Positions 11,741 to 24,840 of a DNA stretch of 64,000 bases are shown piece by piece. The position numbers were made by a program, and so were the translations under genes. Under the pieces are notes generated by a model. That model made no database searches. It was not told the DNA's origin and saw only the letters and a program-made list of their open reading frames with translations. The stretch's first letter is position 1. Each line of letters starts with the position of its first letter. Origin of the DNA: Hamiltosporidium tvaerminnensis FI-OER-3-3 (taxonomy: Eukaryota > Fungi > Microsporidia). The DNA lies in the NCBI GenBank assembly GCA_022605425.2, contig JAKIMF020000007.1, positions 930,001 to 994,000 of the forward strand, in the 5' to 3' direction.

Positions 11741-12679
11741 CTATTCACTCTCATTCCTCGATAAAATTTGGGTAAGAAGCGGATATTCTCTTATAGCTGT
11801 ATTTTGTTTCGAATCTTTAGAGTGGACATGTCTGTCTATCTGAATTGGTTGCGATAAAAGAGCAGATAATTTGGGATTTTGAGAGAGAACTTTTTCTTTA
11901 CTGAGTTTAGAAGATTTCATGATATGTTTTCTTCGGAATATATCTACCAAAAGCATAGACTGTGTCGGCTTTTTATTTGGTGATGAAGCATCTTTTGAAT
12001 TCAAGCTTTCACTATTAGAGGCACAGTCTTGCTCTTTTTCAGGTAAAATCTCAGATTTTGTCAAATTTTTATCAAACAAATCCCTAATGCATTTTTTTGG
12101 TATTGCATAGTGATAATTTCCAATCTTACCCGACACAACTTTATGCAGAGAGCTGCTATAATTTCTTTCATTAAACAGCGATCTTGAGCATGATCTACTC
12201 ATTTTCTTAGAATAATGATTTATTCTAAAATACTCATATGTAGATGAGTCGAATAAAGATTTTGTATCTGTATCATATCTAACATGCTTCGGAGATGATT
12301 TAAGGCTCGTGGATGGCGCATTTGATTCATCACAGCTAGTTTCTGAATAATGATTTTGAGAGGAAAAGCTGAAATTTCGGTTAGGATTAATATATTTCTC
12401 CTCAGACGTCTTCAACCTTGAAAATCCTTCGTTTAATTCATGGCAAAATGGTTCAGAAGAAAAAAACAAATAATTTGATTTTTTATAATTAATTCGTGCA
12501 CCACCTGTAGAATTTTCTGTTGAAAGCCTTTCACTAGATTCTGATTCCAAGGAATCTTCTTTATCAGTTATTTTTTCGGATTCGTCATTAGGAAGCTGAT
12601 TTATTTCAGATCCTACCTCTCGATTAATATTACTTCCAGATCCAAATATTGCTGCAAACCACAAGAATATATTGTTCAT
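11741..12679 (-). CDS. Hypothetical Ser-rich secreted protein
   Basis: ATG 12679 preceded by CCCTTA. Signal-like N-terminus MNNIFLWFAAIFGS; low-complexity body. Confidence 0.75.
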   Translation of the reverse strand: MNNIFLWFAAIFGSGSNINREVGSEINQLPNDESEKITDKEDSLESESSERLSTENSTGGARINYKKSNYLFFSSEPFCHELNEGFSRLKTSEEKYINPNRNFSFSSQNHYSETSCDESNAPSTSLKSSPKHVRYDTDTKSLFDSSTYEYFRINHYSKKMSRSCSRSLFNERNYSSSLHKVVSGKIGNYHYAIPKKCIRDLFDKNLTKSEILPEKEQDCASNSESLNSKDASSPNKKPTQSMLLVDIFRRKHIMKSSKLSKEKVLSQNPKLSALLSQPIQIDRHVHSKDSKQNTAIREYPLLTQILSRNESE

Positions 12680-14373
12680 TAAGGGTCTCATCGTCACTCA
12701 ATTTTTTATCTTCAATATATATTAAATGCACAATATTAAAAAAAAAGATTAAAATGTTATGAAAGCAAATAAAATTACCTTTTATAGAATTTTTTAATAA
12801 AATCTTATTCTATGGAAGTTTATAAGATAAAAAAATATTTTTTACTACACTTCTCTAAATTTTGGAAAAAAAAATGGTAAAGTGGAAAAATTACAAGCTA
12901 GAACCAATAAATGAGAGAAATCATAATAAAGAGACTAGTAGATTTCTGATATATACTGTATCATTTACTGAGATTTAAGATTCACCTATAATATGTATTA
13001 AATAAAATATTTCAATAAAATTTAATATTATTTTTAATTTGCTATTCAAATAAAAAAAATTGGGATCAACTTCATAATTTAATAGAAGGAATGATTAATG
13101 TAAATATATACCTTAGATATAAAAGTAAAGAATAATAAATTTAAACTTCATATTTTTATTCTAATTTTGTACAAGTTTTTTTTTTATTAAAAGCGAATAA
13201 AAGTATAGATGCCTATTGCTTTATAAGTCTGGCGTGTTTTATAGAATAAATCACTTCTAATATTGCTAAATATGATGTTTCTAAATAAGAGCCTAACCCA
13301 ATTAGTTACATATAGTTATATAGAACAACGAAGTTTAATTAAACCTTAGATCAGAAAGAAAAAATTTTTGTTTTGTAGGATTTGAAACAATTAAGCACAA
13401 TCATGATAGTAAAAAATATTTCAACTTGTTATATGAATTATAGTTTGATGGGTTTTAAATGACCTGATTTTTACAGAAAAACAACGTTCATATATTTGAA
13501 CTCATTATTGGAATGTTTTTATTAATACAGATGGATATATTCTGATTACGTTTGTTTTTTTAACTATCATTTAACAAAATCAAATATTTTAAATTATTCT
13601 TATTTTCAGTATCCGAAACTATAAAAGTGAAAGATTTTGATTTCTAAATATTCCAAATTATTTTTATGTTATTCTTAGTTATTCAGATATTTGTGCTGCA
13701 TTTAAATTTCAACTTTCGAAAGGAACAAACAATTATATAATATTGCAATACCAGAACCGAATATAGTATATCCCATCTACCCTAGCACATAAAATATCTA
13801 AAATCTAGAATATATTCTATTATTCATATAAATAATATATTAAATTAAAAATTTTTAAACTCAAATTGGTATTAAAATGATAATCAAGGTGTAAGATTAT
13901 ACATTCAAAATATAAATTAAAACTTTAAGAGAACTACAAGGTTTTACATGTTTAAAGATATAATATATTAAAATAATAAAAAACCTCGAATATATGATAA
14001 TTTCGAGCGGATAAATTCGGTCTCAATTAAATCAAAAAATTCAAAATTATGATTTGTAAATACATACATGACCTAAATTTGAATTTCATAATGTTTTTTA
14101 TTGAAAAAATGTTAGATCAATATGCCTTTATTGGCGGATTAATTTACTTTTAAATTTTTTAATGATTAAGACTATTTCTAAAAGCGCCATATATTTAAAA
14201 TATTTGAAAATAACTACTGTACAGATTTTCTATGTATATTTATACGTTTTTAACTAAAAGTTTACAGATTTTGAAAGATATTATTAATAGAAAAGTTTAA
14301 AAAGGAAATTTTTCTGTTTGTTTGAAATATTTTAATACTAATTTTAAAAGATGAATTTAATTTTTTTTGAAAG

Positions 14374-15447
14374 CTAATAAAGAAGGAAGAACTTATTATA
14401 AGTTTCTTCAACAATCGATAGATCGTCATATATTAAATCTAACAGACAATTTGATATTCCGTTGATCGTCACTACAATGTTTTTGGGTTCTGCTCTACAG
14501 CATCTACACCCTCGTGACAAACCGCTCATTAGCTGCTTTAAAATTGTATTTGATTTTTGGGTTTTATTTTCTGCAGAAGAAGAGCAGATGCAGTCGCACT
14601 TTATATCTATTCTTTTATTTAAAAATATCTTAGAAAGGCTATTACCGCATTTTTCATAAATACCTGTATGTGTGATTATTTTTTTATCTGGAAATCCACA
14701 AAAACATCTAATAAAACCATAATGAAATCTAAATATTTTGCTTTTTAATGCCATTTCAACACTAATCATTTCTGATAAATCATAATTTTTCATTTTATTT
14801 ACCAATTTCTGCGCTTCTTTTAATGTAAATGATTTTTCTTTCTCTTCAGATGTGTAGTTATTTAGTTGAAAGAGTTCCTCAATTATACAACCCAAATTCC
14901 TAATATCATCAGAAATTTCAGGTTTAGAATTAAAAACTATTTCATTATGATAAAAACCGATTGTATCTAAATTTTCATAGATTCTTTCTTTGGTTTGATC
15001 TGTAAAGGCGCTAAAAGCAAAATTGCTCAATTTAAGTTGTTTTCCTTTTATCAAAATATTTTCCAGTACCAAATTATTATGAACCAATTTATTAGCATGA
15101 AGGTAATTTACTACATCTAGTAACATTCTTAATATTGCTATTTTTTCAAAATCATTAAAACATTTGCAGTCTATTCCAACTTTCAAATCGAAATCATAAA
15201 TTTCGAATTGTAACTCTGAAACTTCATTCATTTCAAAATTACTAGATCTCATTCCTAAAATATACGGATGATTTAATGTTTCATATACGCATTTTTCGTT
15301 TAATAAATATTTTTTTGAATATTCGTTAATTGGTTTTTTAACAAAGAAATCTCTATTTTGAGAAATCTCGTAAATGAAACCAACAGAATAATTTCGAGTC
15401 GTTGTAAAAATTTTGTAAAGCAAAAATATAAAATAGAAATGATTCAT
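14374..15447 (-). CDS. Signal-peptide protein kinase-like protein (probable pseudokinase) with Cys-containing C-terminal domain
   Basis: Kinase fold motifs FVKK, NE, LNHPYI, YLHANKLVH. Catalytic HRD reads HNN and DFG reads NFA. N-terminus MNHFYFIFLLYKIFT; CCC motif upstream. Confidence 0.8.
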   Translation of the reverse strand: MNHFYFIFLLYKIFTTTRNYSVGFIYEISQNRDFFVKKPINEYSKKYLLNEKCVYETLNHPYILGMRSSNFEMNEVSELQFEIYDFDLKVGIDCKCFNDFEKIAILRMLLDVVNYLHANKLVHNNLVLENILIKGKQLKLSNFAFSAFTDQTKERIYENLDTIGFYHNEIVFNSKPEISDDIRNLGCIIEELFQLNNYTSEEKEKSFTLKEAQKLVNKMKNYDLSEMISVEMALKSKIFRFHYGFIRCFCGFPDKKIITHTGIYEKCGNSLSKIFLNKRIDIKCDCICSSSAENKTQKSNTILKQLMSGLSRGCRCCRAEPKNIVVTINGISNCLLDLIYDDLSIVEETYNKFFLLY

Positions 15448-16057
15448 TACGTGGGTAATTGGATTTGTTATATATTTTTCTAAATGTGATACATTAAAAT
15501 AATTAATTTAAGAGATAAAACTTTTTATGGGAATTTTAAATGTTCTTTCAATATATATTTATATTTATAAAAAATTTTTTTACATATTTTTATCTTTACA
15601 TTTTTTATATCTCAATATGTCATTTTTTTCTTTTATTTATCTTAATATGGAATTTTGAAAGCCGAAATTTGATGTATGTCAAGAAAATTCAACTTTTTTT
15701 ATCAATTTATATTTTCTCTGGGTTGAAAGAACACCTTTACCTCTTATACATCCATTCTCTTTATTGATTATATATTTTTAGATTTTCGTTGGTTCAATAC
15801 ATTTTAGATTTCGTTATTGCCAATATATTTTACCGCCATAGACATTTTGTAAATATTTATAGAGCCTTTTTATTGTCAATTATTCTTTCTTGCAGAACAC
15901 AGATATTGGATTTAAAGAAGTGGCTTTTTTTCGAGTTTTTTGTGAAGTTAAAAACTTTTTATATATTATAAGTCGAATTTTTTCGAATTCATCTCTAAAA
16001 TTTTATACCGATATTTCAACAATAAAAAAATGTGCAAAAATTTAATCATAAACCATT

Positions 16058-19000
16058 TTTATTTAATAAAATTCTGGGTTAAAATATTTTTTACCATTTT
16101 TACATGTTTTCTTCTACCTCTTTGACCACTTTTGTCTCTTCTTCCAAATCCGACTCTTCATTTATGTTATTGGTCGGTTCCTCTAAAGTGGTTCCTCCTT
16201 GTAAAATAAAGGGGGCTTTATATTTTGGTTTAAAATTTTTGGCACCATCTTCCTCTGTTTTCGCTTCTTTTAAAGGGGGTATTGGTTCCTCATGCATCTC
16301 TGATCTCATAATAACACCCATTGACGCTCTCTCCCAGCTCTCTTCGGCATTTAGTCCTGACTCAAGTCCTCTTCGTCGATCAAAGGAAATTGTTTCGACT
16401 GTTTTCTTAAGTACTATAGACTGAATGTATGCCTCTACATTCATGGGTATTTCTAGTCTTTTAAGATGAGATTTATGGTATTTTGTCACAATACCGTCCC
16501 AGGTCATCACATAAGGGATTATCTCAACACTACACTTATAAATAAGGCCCAACTCATTGGCTAGCAGGTCATACTTCCTAAGTTTTTCAGTTTCAACTAT
16601 TTGAAGTGAATCTTGGGAAGTGATTCCTACTTCAATGAGTGTTATCTTATTCTTCTTCTTATCTAAAATAAATATGTCCGGTCTGTTATTCCGAATTTTA
16701 ACATCAGTTTTAATTCTGGTGTCCACTCTTATCTCTGCATACTCATTATCAAGAATTTCTTGAACTGAGTGGCTCCTTATTCGTTTTGAAGACTTAAACT
16801 TATATCTATTTAGAAGGAGAAGGTGTAGGCATCTAACCACTTCATTATGCCGTCTAGTGTAATCATGGCCTAGCATTTTTTCACATCTAGTTGCTAGATG
16901 ATCCACAGTCTTACCAGACTTCCCGCAATGTTGACACACACCATCTGCTCCCCAGAATTAATTTCTATCCTGGATATAGTAGAACACAGCTTCATTTCGT
17001 GGCCTAATATTTCCTCTCTTTAGCCATCTTGAAGAGTCACTAACACTCACAAGCTCATTTTTCCTTGCATTATATAACTTTGAATGGAGTTTTCGTTTTT
17101 CTATTTCGTTATATAGTTTTGTAAGTTGAGCTTCTTCTAAACTTTTCTTAGTGACTTCTTCTACCAACCTGTACTTTACTTTTAAGAAGCCTTTTATTAG
17201 TGCAAGATGGGTTTTATTATTATTCTCCACCTTGAGGATTGCTGCTCGTCTAGTTGATATTTCTTTACTTTTTTCCAGACAATCCAAGAGTTGCAGAAGC
17301 ATATGTTCGCTTCGCAACTCAACACTATGTAGGCCTCTTCCAAGTTCTGTTCTAGGAAGATACAACCGCTCTTTACATCCTGGGCGGAGATGTATCTTAT
17401 TTTTAACCAACACCGCACGCACTGCCTCATCTAACTTAGAGAAGTCAGCCGGTTCAAGTCGAAGTACTCCTATGTGGTAGTTGATTAACGATATCGCATG
17501 TTGATCGTTTGCAGAAAATAAATTTTTTGCATGTAATCTAGTGTGACAAAGTCTTTCAACTCTTGATATAAGTTTGCTCTGTACTTCTTCAAATGAGCTA
17601 CGTGTTGGGATTCCTCTGCTATCTTCTATTATTCCTAAATATTTGTAAACACTAACACCTTCTAGAAGAGTAGCAGTATCTTCACAACACGTATCATTTA
17701 TGGCCGACTTCTCTACGTTAATCTTTAAGCCAATCACCTTTAAAAATTCCTTTGCCTCGTCTGTCATAGCACTCAATGTGGAGCTGTATTTTGCAAGGAG
17801 CTTCAGATCATCAAAAAACAAGAGATGATTAGTAGAATGAGATTTTGCATCTGTTTGTACTGTCACTTTTGTGTATTTTTCATTAAGCTTTCGGCTTAAT
17901 GGATCCATACACAACACAAATAACAATGGTGACAAACTATCTCTTTGCAGAATCCCTCTCTCAATCTTCTTGCTCATGATTTTTTCAGGCCCTACTGATA
18001 TATCAATTTTCCATTTTGATATAATTACCTTAATAAATTTCAAGATCCAATCAGGTAAATTAAGGTTTTCAATGCATTGAGTTAAATAAGCATGATCTAT
18101 TGAATCATAAGCTTTTTTAACATCAATCCATGGTGCCTTAAGATTATTTCCATACTCTTTATTTAAGGCAATATTCAGTAGAGCCTGCTCTTTCGCTCCC
18201 TGCACACCTCTTACCACCCCTAGTTGGTTCTCCGCAAGCAACCTTCGCCTTTCCACTTCAAGATCAACGACTTTCGTTACACACTTTGTCGTTAACTTGT
18301 AGAGGCTGGATATACAATGATTGGCCTGTAGTCAGAGCCTCTTTGCAGAATTCATTTCTGTATCAAATACGAGAGCCCGCAATAAAACCAATCAGCTTGA
18401 GTTGTTCCTTCTAAACATATAACTTTCACAATATCATAAAGATATTTGTGTAGAGTTGTAAGTTTCTTAATGAAAAAATTGTAAATGCCATCAATTCCAG
18501 CAGATTTCCAATTGGGAAGCCAATTAATGATATTTACAAATTCATCAAGTGAAGGAAACGTGGTCGGATGATTATCTGATACAAATGGGATCAAATAATC
18601 ATCGTACGTGACTGTGTCATCATTTTTGTTCCACATTGTAGACCAAAAACTCACAATTTCATCACGGCTAACCACATGCTCGGATTCTACACGCTCAGAT
18701 AACCCACGATAAAATCGACCTCGGAAAAGCTCAAACATACGATTCTCTTTTCGGAATTGCTTCCTACTTTCATGCATCGTAATTTTTTTCTCGTAAACAT
18801 TCAAAGACTCATTCTTCTTAACTAAAGCCTCAGAAAGATCAGTTACGCTGCTCAAGTTTAAATTAAACTCTCGCATGATTTTCTTAAGGCTCTTCGTTTC
18901 CGAAGTGGAGAGCTTTTCCTGCTTACGAGCCTTCTCGAGGAGATCTTTGGAAAGTACTAACTTAGAAATTTTACTTTCTATGTTTTCCTTCCAAGCGGAT

Positions 19001-19862
19001 CTAGGCTCCTCTTTACGTGTTGCCTCGTCATAGCATACCTGCGCAGCTTGCATGATATACGCGGCTTCCGTAATTGACTCAGGTACATGAGCTCCTGCAT
19101 ATTCACCGACTACTCGATTTATGAGATCCAGAACTTTACTATCAACCAATTCATTTGGATGTTTTCTAGTTCGGACCACCACTTTTCCAATTTCGTTCTC
19201 AGAGATTTCTTTGATTTTACTCAAGAATTTATCTCTCAGGTTTATGTACTCCGTGGTGTCGGTCAAGGTGCATGTATCAGCGAGACAAGTGGCGATTCTA
19301 CGTCGCTCTCCATTCTCTTCTGATTTTACATCCTTTCCCATCTCACTTTGTGCCAATTTTTTTAACACCTTGAGAGTTTCAGTGCAGCCGAATTTCTCAT
19401 TATAGTACCTGTGAAGCTCTGTCCAGCCATTTCTTGGCATTCTTTCAAACCTTGTCTGTACTGCAAAAAAAACAATTCGAGGCCATTCCTTCGGGTCGGC
19501 TGTTACGGAATCGAATATCGTCCGCAATGCCATTAGCCTGTTACCTTCCGGAATAGCTAGAGTACAGGGGCTTGTCATGTCGTACGATGGCTCGCACGCA
19601 GAGACTTCAACCGAAGAGGGAACTGGTGCATTAGGCGAAGGTAAGGTGTCAAGCCCACTATTTTGCATTTTACTGCATGTTTGGCTTGGTGGTGGAGGTG
19701 TTATTGTTGTGTAGGAGGAGGAAGGTAGGGGAATCGCCGGTGGGTGTAGCTTACATTTTTGTATCTCACTATCACTCTTTTTCACCTCATCAGCGTCGTT
19801 TGCAGCCTTTATTTTGGTATTATTCGATATTTCGCTGCTAACATTTTTCTTTCTACCCATTT
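16058..19862 (-). mobile_element. RLE-type non-LTR retrotransposon (R4/Dong-like), near full length, inactivated
   Basis: One ORF broken into 19860-18352, 18256-16958 and 16939-16100. RT motifs NWKSAGIDG, DYRPI, WIDVKKAYDS, GILQ.DSLSPLLF, LLFFDDLKL, YKYLG. CCHC knuckle CQHC..DHLATRC, RHNEV and PD..D..IEV..K endonuclease. 13-bp direct repeat ATCATAAACCATT at 16045-16057 and 19863-19875. Confidence 0.93.
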
Positions 19863-20199
19863 ATCATAAACCATTAAATTTAAGTGCATTTATTATGTGA
19901 TGGAAAGATCTATAAACTTCAATATTCTTTCTTTAACCAATCCTCTTTATCAAAATTTATGTAAATATTAAAATAAATATTTTAAAATAGTTTAAATAAG
20001 TTATTTTAGTCTTTGTATTTATTAAAAGTTTTTTAAATAATAAATATTAAGAAAAAACAAATCATTTGAGATACTACTGAATTTCGTTAAATATGTTTCT
20101 TTCTCTATAATTCGAAAATACAATCCTGGATTCGCATTAAATTTTCTACAGTTCTCGATAATTTCAGATATTATGATAGCTACCAGTGTTTATCTCAAC

Positions 20200-20800
20200 T
20201 GATTATTCATGTACAATGGAGGCAATCCGAACGCTCAATGTTGTTTTCTTGTCGTTTTCATCGGAAATAATTCAACGGCCTTGACTTCAATAAAACACTT
20301 TTAGGTCTGCTTCGTTATAGTGTTTCCATAACGGAATTATAAAAACAAAGTTTTCAAGAAAAGCATACATAGAAATGTGTTTTTTGAACTTTATAAAATT
20401 TTGTTATATCGATTAAAAACATTTTTAAGATCTTAAATCTGGGTTTTCGTTTCACTTTGTAATGTTATTTGCTAGTCATCTTTTTATATTCTAATTCACA
20501 TATTCTACTTGACGCTGCGCCTTTGAATTGTGTTGTACTATTTATAACTTAAAAACGAGACTAATTAAAAAGTTTTAGAAGTATATTCTCATCCCCTTGG
20601 CATTTATAAAATTATATGGCTCAAGTAGCACATAATCTGATAATTTGACTTTCAATAGATCTTTTGGAAACAGATGAACTTTTCTAGTTATTCTTAAAAC
20701 TAAATGTATCTAGGTGGTGCGTCATTTCATCGAGAATTATGCAATATTGATCTTTTTGATCAGTGTATCTTCTGAGATCTAAACAATTTCGTATACAAAC
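20200..20800 (-). pseudogene. Highly decayed DDE integrase remnant
   Basis: Minus strand reads HNSKAQRQVE (~20505-20535) and LQSE.. (~20445-20465), resembling the PxxQGxVER and LQSDN integrase motifs. The two motifs are in the reverse of the usual order and there is no open frame. Confidence 0.3.
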
Positions 20801-21149
20801 GGGTTTTTAAATGTGTTAGTTACTTACTTCCTTTATCTTCTGTTCTGAAAATTTTCGATTACTTGGTATTATAACCCAACTAATATACATTTAATTAAGC
20901 ATACAAAATGACAATCTTAACTAGAAAAAGACTCAGATTAGTTAATACCTTGCATAGTTTATATAGGTGTATTTTTTTAGTGTTGTGTTTATGATTCTAG
21001 AATATTTTTGTTTTGTAAACATTAATAACCGCAAAAACAGAAAATTGCAAAAAAAGGTGATAGAATGCAAAAAATAAAGTCTATTTGATATATGCTCCTG
21101 TTTAAAACACTGTATTTTTTAATACAAAACAAATGTTAGGATGAAATGT

Positions 21150-21450
21150 TTAAGAATTATCCAAAAGTAATTTTATATTTGAATATGTATAGGAATAATA
21201 AAGATGAATAGGGCGTTGATTATGAGATAGAAAAGGATATGGAAAAAATGCATAATGAAAATTCAAAGGCCATTAAAAACCAATAAAGGTAATTATAGAA
21301 ATAAAGTAGGTTGTTAACACATGTCATTATTTAATTGGGTTCCACCAAATGTTTTTGATACACATTTATAACTTCGAAAACAAAATGGCACTCAATCGTT
21401 TTGAATACCTAGGATATTGGTTTAAAATTGGCAAATCTGTTTACTAAATT
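21150..21450 (+). pseudogene. Highly decayed Ty3/Gypsy RT remnant
   Basis: GFHQM (~21337) followed by FEYL...GLK (~21400), like the gypsy RT GFHQ...FEYLRMPFGLKN motif. Confidence 0.3.
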
Positions 21451-22190
21451 GACTCATTTTGTGATTTAGTATGCTTGCGTCTAAGATTTTTTTATACCTT
21501 TTTCACAATTTCCAAGATTTTATTGATCCTTACTATGGATTAAACCTTTTCCCCTGTGCAGAAAATACTGTTCTAATTCAAAAATAACAAAGCCATACCC
21601 ATTCAGCACTAGATTCTTTTTCCTAAATCATATCTAAAAACCCACAACCCTACTAAATAATTATCAATAGCATAATTTAACTTTCATCGCTATTTTTCTC
21701 TTTCGATTTTGTAATAAAAATTCGCTAGTTTTTCCCCGTTATTCTTTCTTATATTCCGCATTTCCTTAAAAAAAACTATAATTTGTTGCCATATACGTTA
21801 TTTACCAATCTAGCTTCAATAGCAGATTTTTTTTTAGTTTAAATTTCTTTAATATTTAATTTTAAAAATATATATTCCAGAATCACTTTTCAGAAAATTT
21901 CTTAAGTCTTTCGCCAAAATTTACCATAATAGTTTCAGATTTGGTTCCGAGTATTATTTTATACTTAATACTTATATTTCATTTTATACTTTCTTTATCC
22001 GGGACTACACATATTAAATTTTTTGACAACTCGAGATCGGATGAATTTGAAATCAAAGAGTCAAAATATAGATAAGTCCCTAATATGATAACGCATATAG
22101 ACAAATCTGAAAACGATGGACAATTTAATTATTGAATTTTAGATTTTTGCATTTTTTAAAATAGATTTCTAATTTTTAAAATAAAAAGTC

Positions 22191-22917
22191 TTTATTTAAA
22201 AGTATCACATCTTTTTAAAATAGTGGCGAGTGTTATATTTGTTTTCATGATATTAACGCAGTTCTAGGTTTAACATAAATAACTGCTACCCCAAAACTCC
22301 ATCAGTACCCCCTGGATACCTACGTTCCAAAGCCTTTCATCTACCAGGTATGCAGAACCTAATTAACAAGCGAGGCAGTTGCCCAGTGTTCTTTAATGTC
22401 CGCTGCATGGAGTGTGATCGAAGGCCGAAGCCCCCCCTGGGCTCCCCAAGACTATGCAACATTCCCACTTACTCTACACTTTCTGAACCCAAGGCACTTC
22501 TAGCTAAGATATATTTACGAGACTTACATGGGATCCACCTAGACAGTGCAATGCCATACCAACAGGTATAACCTGCTACTTAGTTCTCCCGGCTTTTAAT
22601 GGTTTTTATTTTTATATCTCCCAGGCGATAAGTCTTCTAACCCCGGTGAGAAAGGCTAGGTTTCCTTGTTTTTACATGGCAATTACCTACATGTTCAGCT
22701 GCGGTCTTAGATCTTATTACATAAAACCTATAAAATAAATTTTTAGAAAATTTTTCTCCATTTCTTAGACGTCACCTTCTCTTAAAACCTCCCATGGAAC
22801 AACCGAAGATGTAGTGTGATTGTAATCCAACCAATAATCCAAACAATGATGCTCAAACCAATTTCACACACCCATTGCCAATCAGAAAAGTTTTTATGTG
22901 GCTATCCTCTATCTGCT
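22191..22917 (-). mobile_element. ~730-bp non-coding dispersed element, copy A
   Basis: Aligns end to end with 41325-42091 (reverse complement) and with 62334-63066. No convincing TSD. Confidence 0.9.
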
Positions 22918-23900
22918 ATAATTAGTATAATAATTTTTAGATTATTTTATTTATCACTTAAAAATTCGTAAATGTCGATATAATAGATTCGTATTATTGA
23001 AAATCAAGGTTCTTATTTTATTTTATCGGTTTACATTGCTTTTAAAACATTTAAAAACGAAGTAAATTTCTTTTTAAAATATCAAAATCAAAATATATTA
23101 CATCTGTATAAAAAAACAATAAATTTAACTCATTTTTCTTTGAAAATAATAATATACTGTTCAGTTAATAGTATAACAAAAACATTTAACCTAAAATGAT
23201 TTTATCAAAGCATTTTAATTCATTTTACTTTATTTCTTTTATAATTACTATGTAATATTCTAAAACATTATTTTTTTTTACCAAGAACAGGTTTCTATCC
23301 GAATTCAAGTCTTGTAAAATAATATTTTTTTTCAGAACAATAACGATAAAATCGCAGATTTAACAAATTAGAATATATTACAAATATATACTATGTAACA
23401 ACAGTTATTATTATTAAAAAAAATTTCTTCGTTACTATTTGAGCAGTTATTTAGATTATTTTAATAAGATAATAACATAATCAGGATCATTATTGTATCA
23501 GATCGTAGAATTAAACTTCATATAAAAAAACCTCAAATATATTTTATTGCAACAAGATTTAATTTAGAAAAGCTCTTTTGAAATATTTTATGGTAATTTA
23601 AGAAAAAAATTGTAAAGATTGGTATATATTTATAGAGTTTAATGATTAATCTCAAAAACACAAACTAAAAAACCCAATAAAAACGTTAAAACAGCCATTC
23701 TCATATATATTATTTATTTATTTATCAGGAATATATAATACTATAAAGAAATATATCTAAACTTCAAACGAACTATTTATAATCACTGAGTGAAGAACTG
23801 ACGAAATAATAAGTATTAGAATTTAAGAAGTTGAAGAGTATTTAAATGATAATCCCTTTAAAAATATATCAACAAAAAAGTATTATCAAGTATTTGTTTA

Positions 23901-24840
23901 CTATACAATTGGTTCCTTTTTAATAATTTTTCTACAATAAGGACATCTACATGATTTAGATTTTAGCCATGGATCCACACATTCCTTATGAAAATAATGG
24001 CCACAATGTAATATTCTGCATTTAGAAAAGTCGTTAAACAAATCTATACAAATAAGACAACTATCGAACATATTTTTATCGACCAGGTCTTTATAAAATC
24101 TTACCGGACAGGAATTTAATTCCTGAAGAAGTAATTATGGGATCTCGTTTTGCTCGTATTCTTAGCCACATTCCCAGTATTATAAAACTTATACACACAA
24201 AGAATATTAGACTGATATAAAATAAATACAAAATAAATTTTTCTATTGTTTTATAGACAGTGGAGTGCATTTCATAGCCTTTCAAATATGCATTATTTAT
24301 AGCACATTGTGAACCATAAAATTTTCTAAATATATTACTTTGATGATCGTCTATAAAAAATATATTATGTTTAGACTCAGAAAGATACGAATATTGCTCA
24401 TCAAATAAAATTTCTTTTACTCCATAGCCTTTTTTTGCATATGAAAGTATTACCAAAAATTTTATACAATAGAATTTTTCCAATAATTTTTCTACATATG
24501 CCAAATCCCAATACTTACAGTCAATAATTACAGCTTTTGGAACATAAAAGGTGTTAAAAAAGTCCAAATTTACTTTTTCTGGCAATGTCATGTTTCTTAT
24601 ATTCCAATTGTGCAAAAGATACATATCTCTAGGTTTTGGATAGACTATCGGGCATTTTTCTCCGTTACTTCCAAAAAACACACAATTAATTACCGTAACT
24701 TCTATTTCTTCTAATCCAGGAATATTTGAAAATAATTTGCCATAATTATCATTTACTAGATACCATATAATATATTTTATGAGCCAAAAACCTTCTCGTA
24801 ACATCAAAAATTTTAATGTTATGTAAACAAACAAATTCAT
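23901..24840 (-). CDS. Single-pass membrane RING-H2 E3 ubiquitin ligase (PA-TM-RING-like architecture), split by a 1-nt frameshift near 24095-24135
   Basis: ORF 24840-24091 has a hydrophobic N-terminus and a TM helix. The shifted frame continues YKDLVDKNMFDSCLICIDLFNDFSKCRILHCGHYFHKECVDPWLKSKSCRCPYCRKIIKKEPIV* (stop at 23901-23903), a complete C3H2C3 RING. Confidence 0.85.

Noticed and set aside
4829-19405. Short antisense ORFs overlapping PKC1, DnaJ, the kinases and the retroelement
   Set aside because: Shadow frames of real coding sequence, with no independent motifs or CCC start context.
22160-22190. TSD for copy A, or a small inversion of its tail relative to copy B
   Set aside because: The matches are in low-complexity A/T sequence and could be chance.
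24089-24104. 16-nt GTAAGA...AAG intron that would also restore the RING frame
   Set aside because: Too short and lacks a branch motif; a 1-nt indel is simpler.
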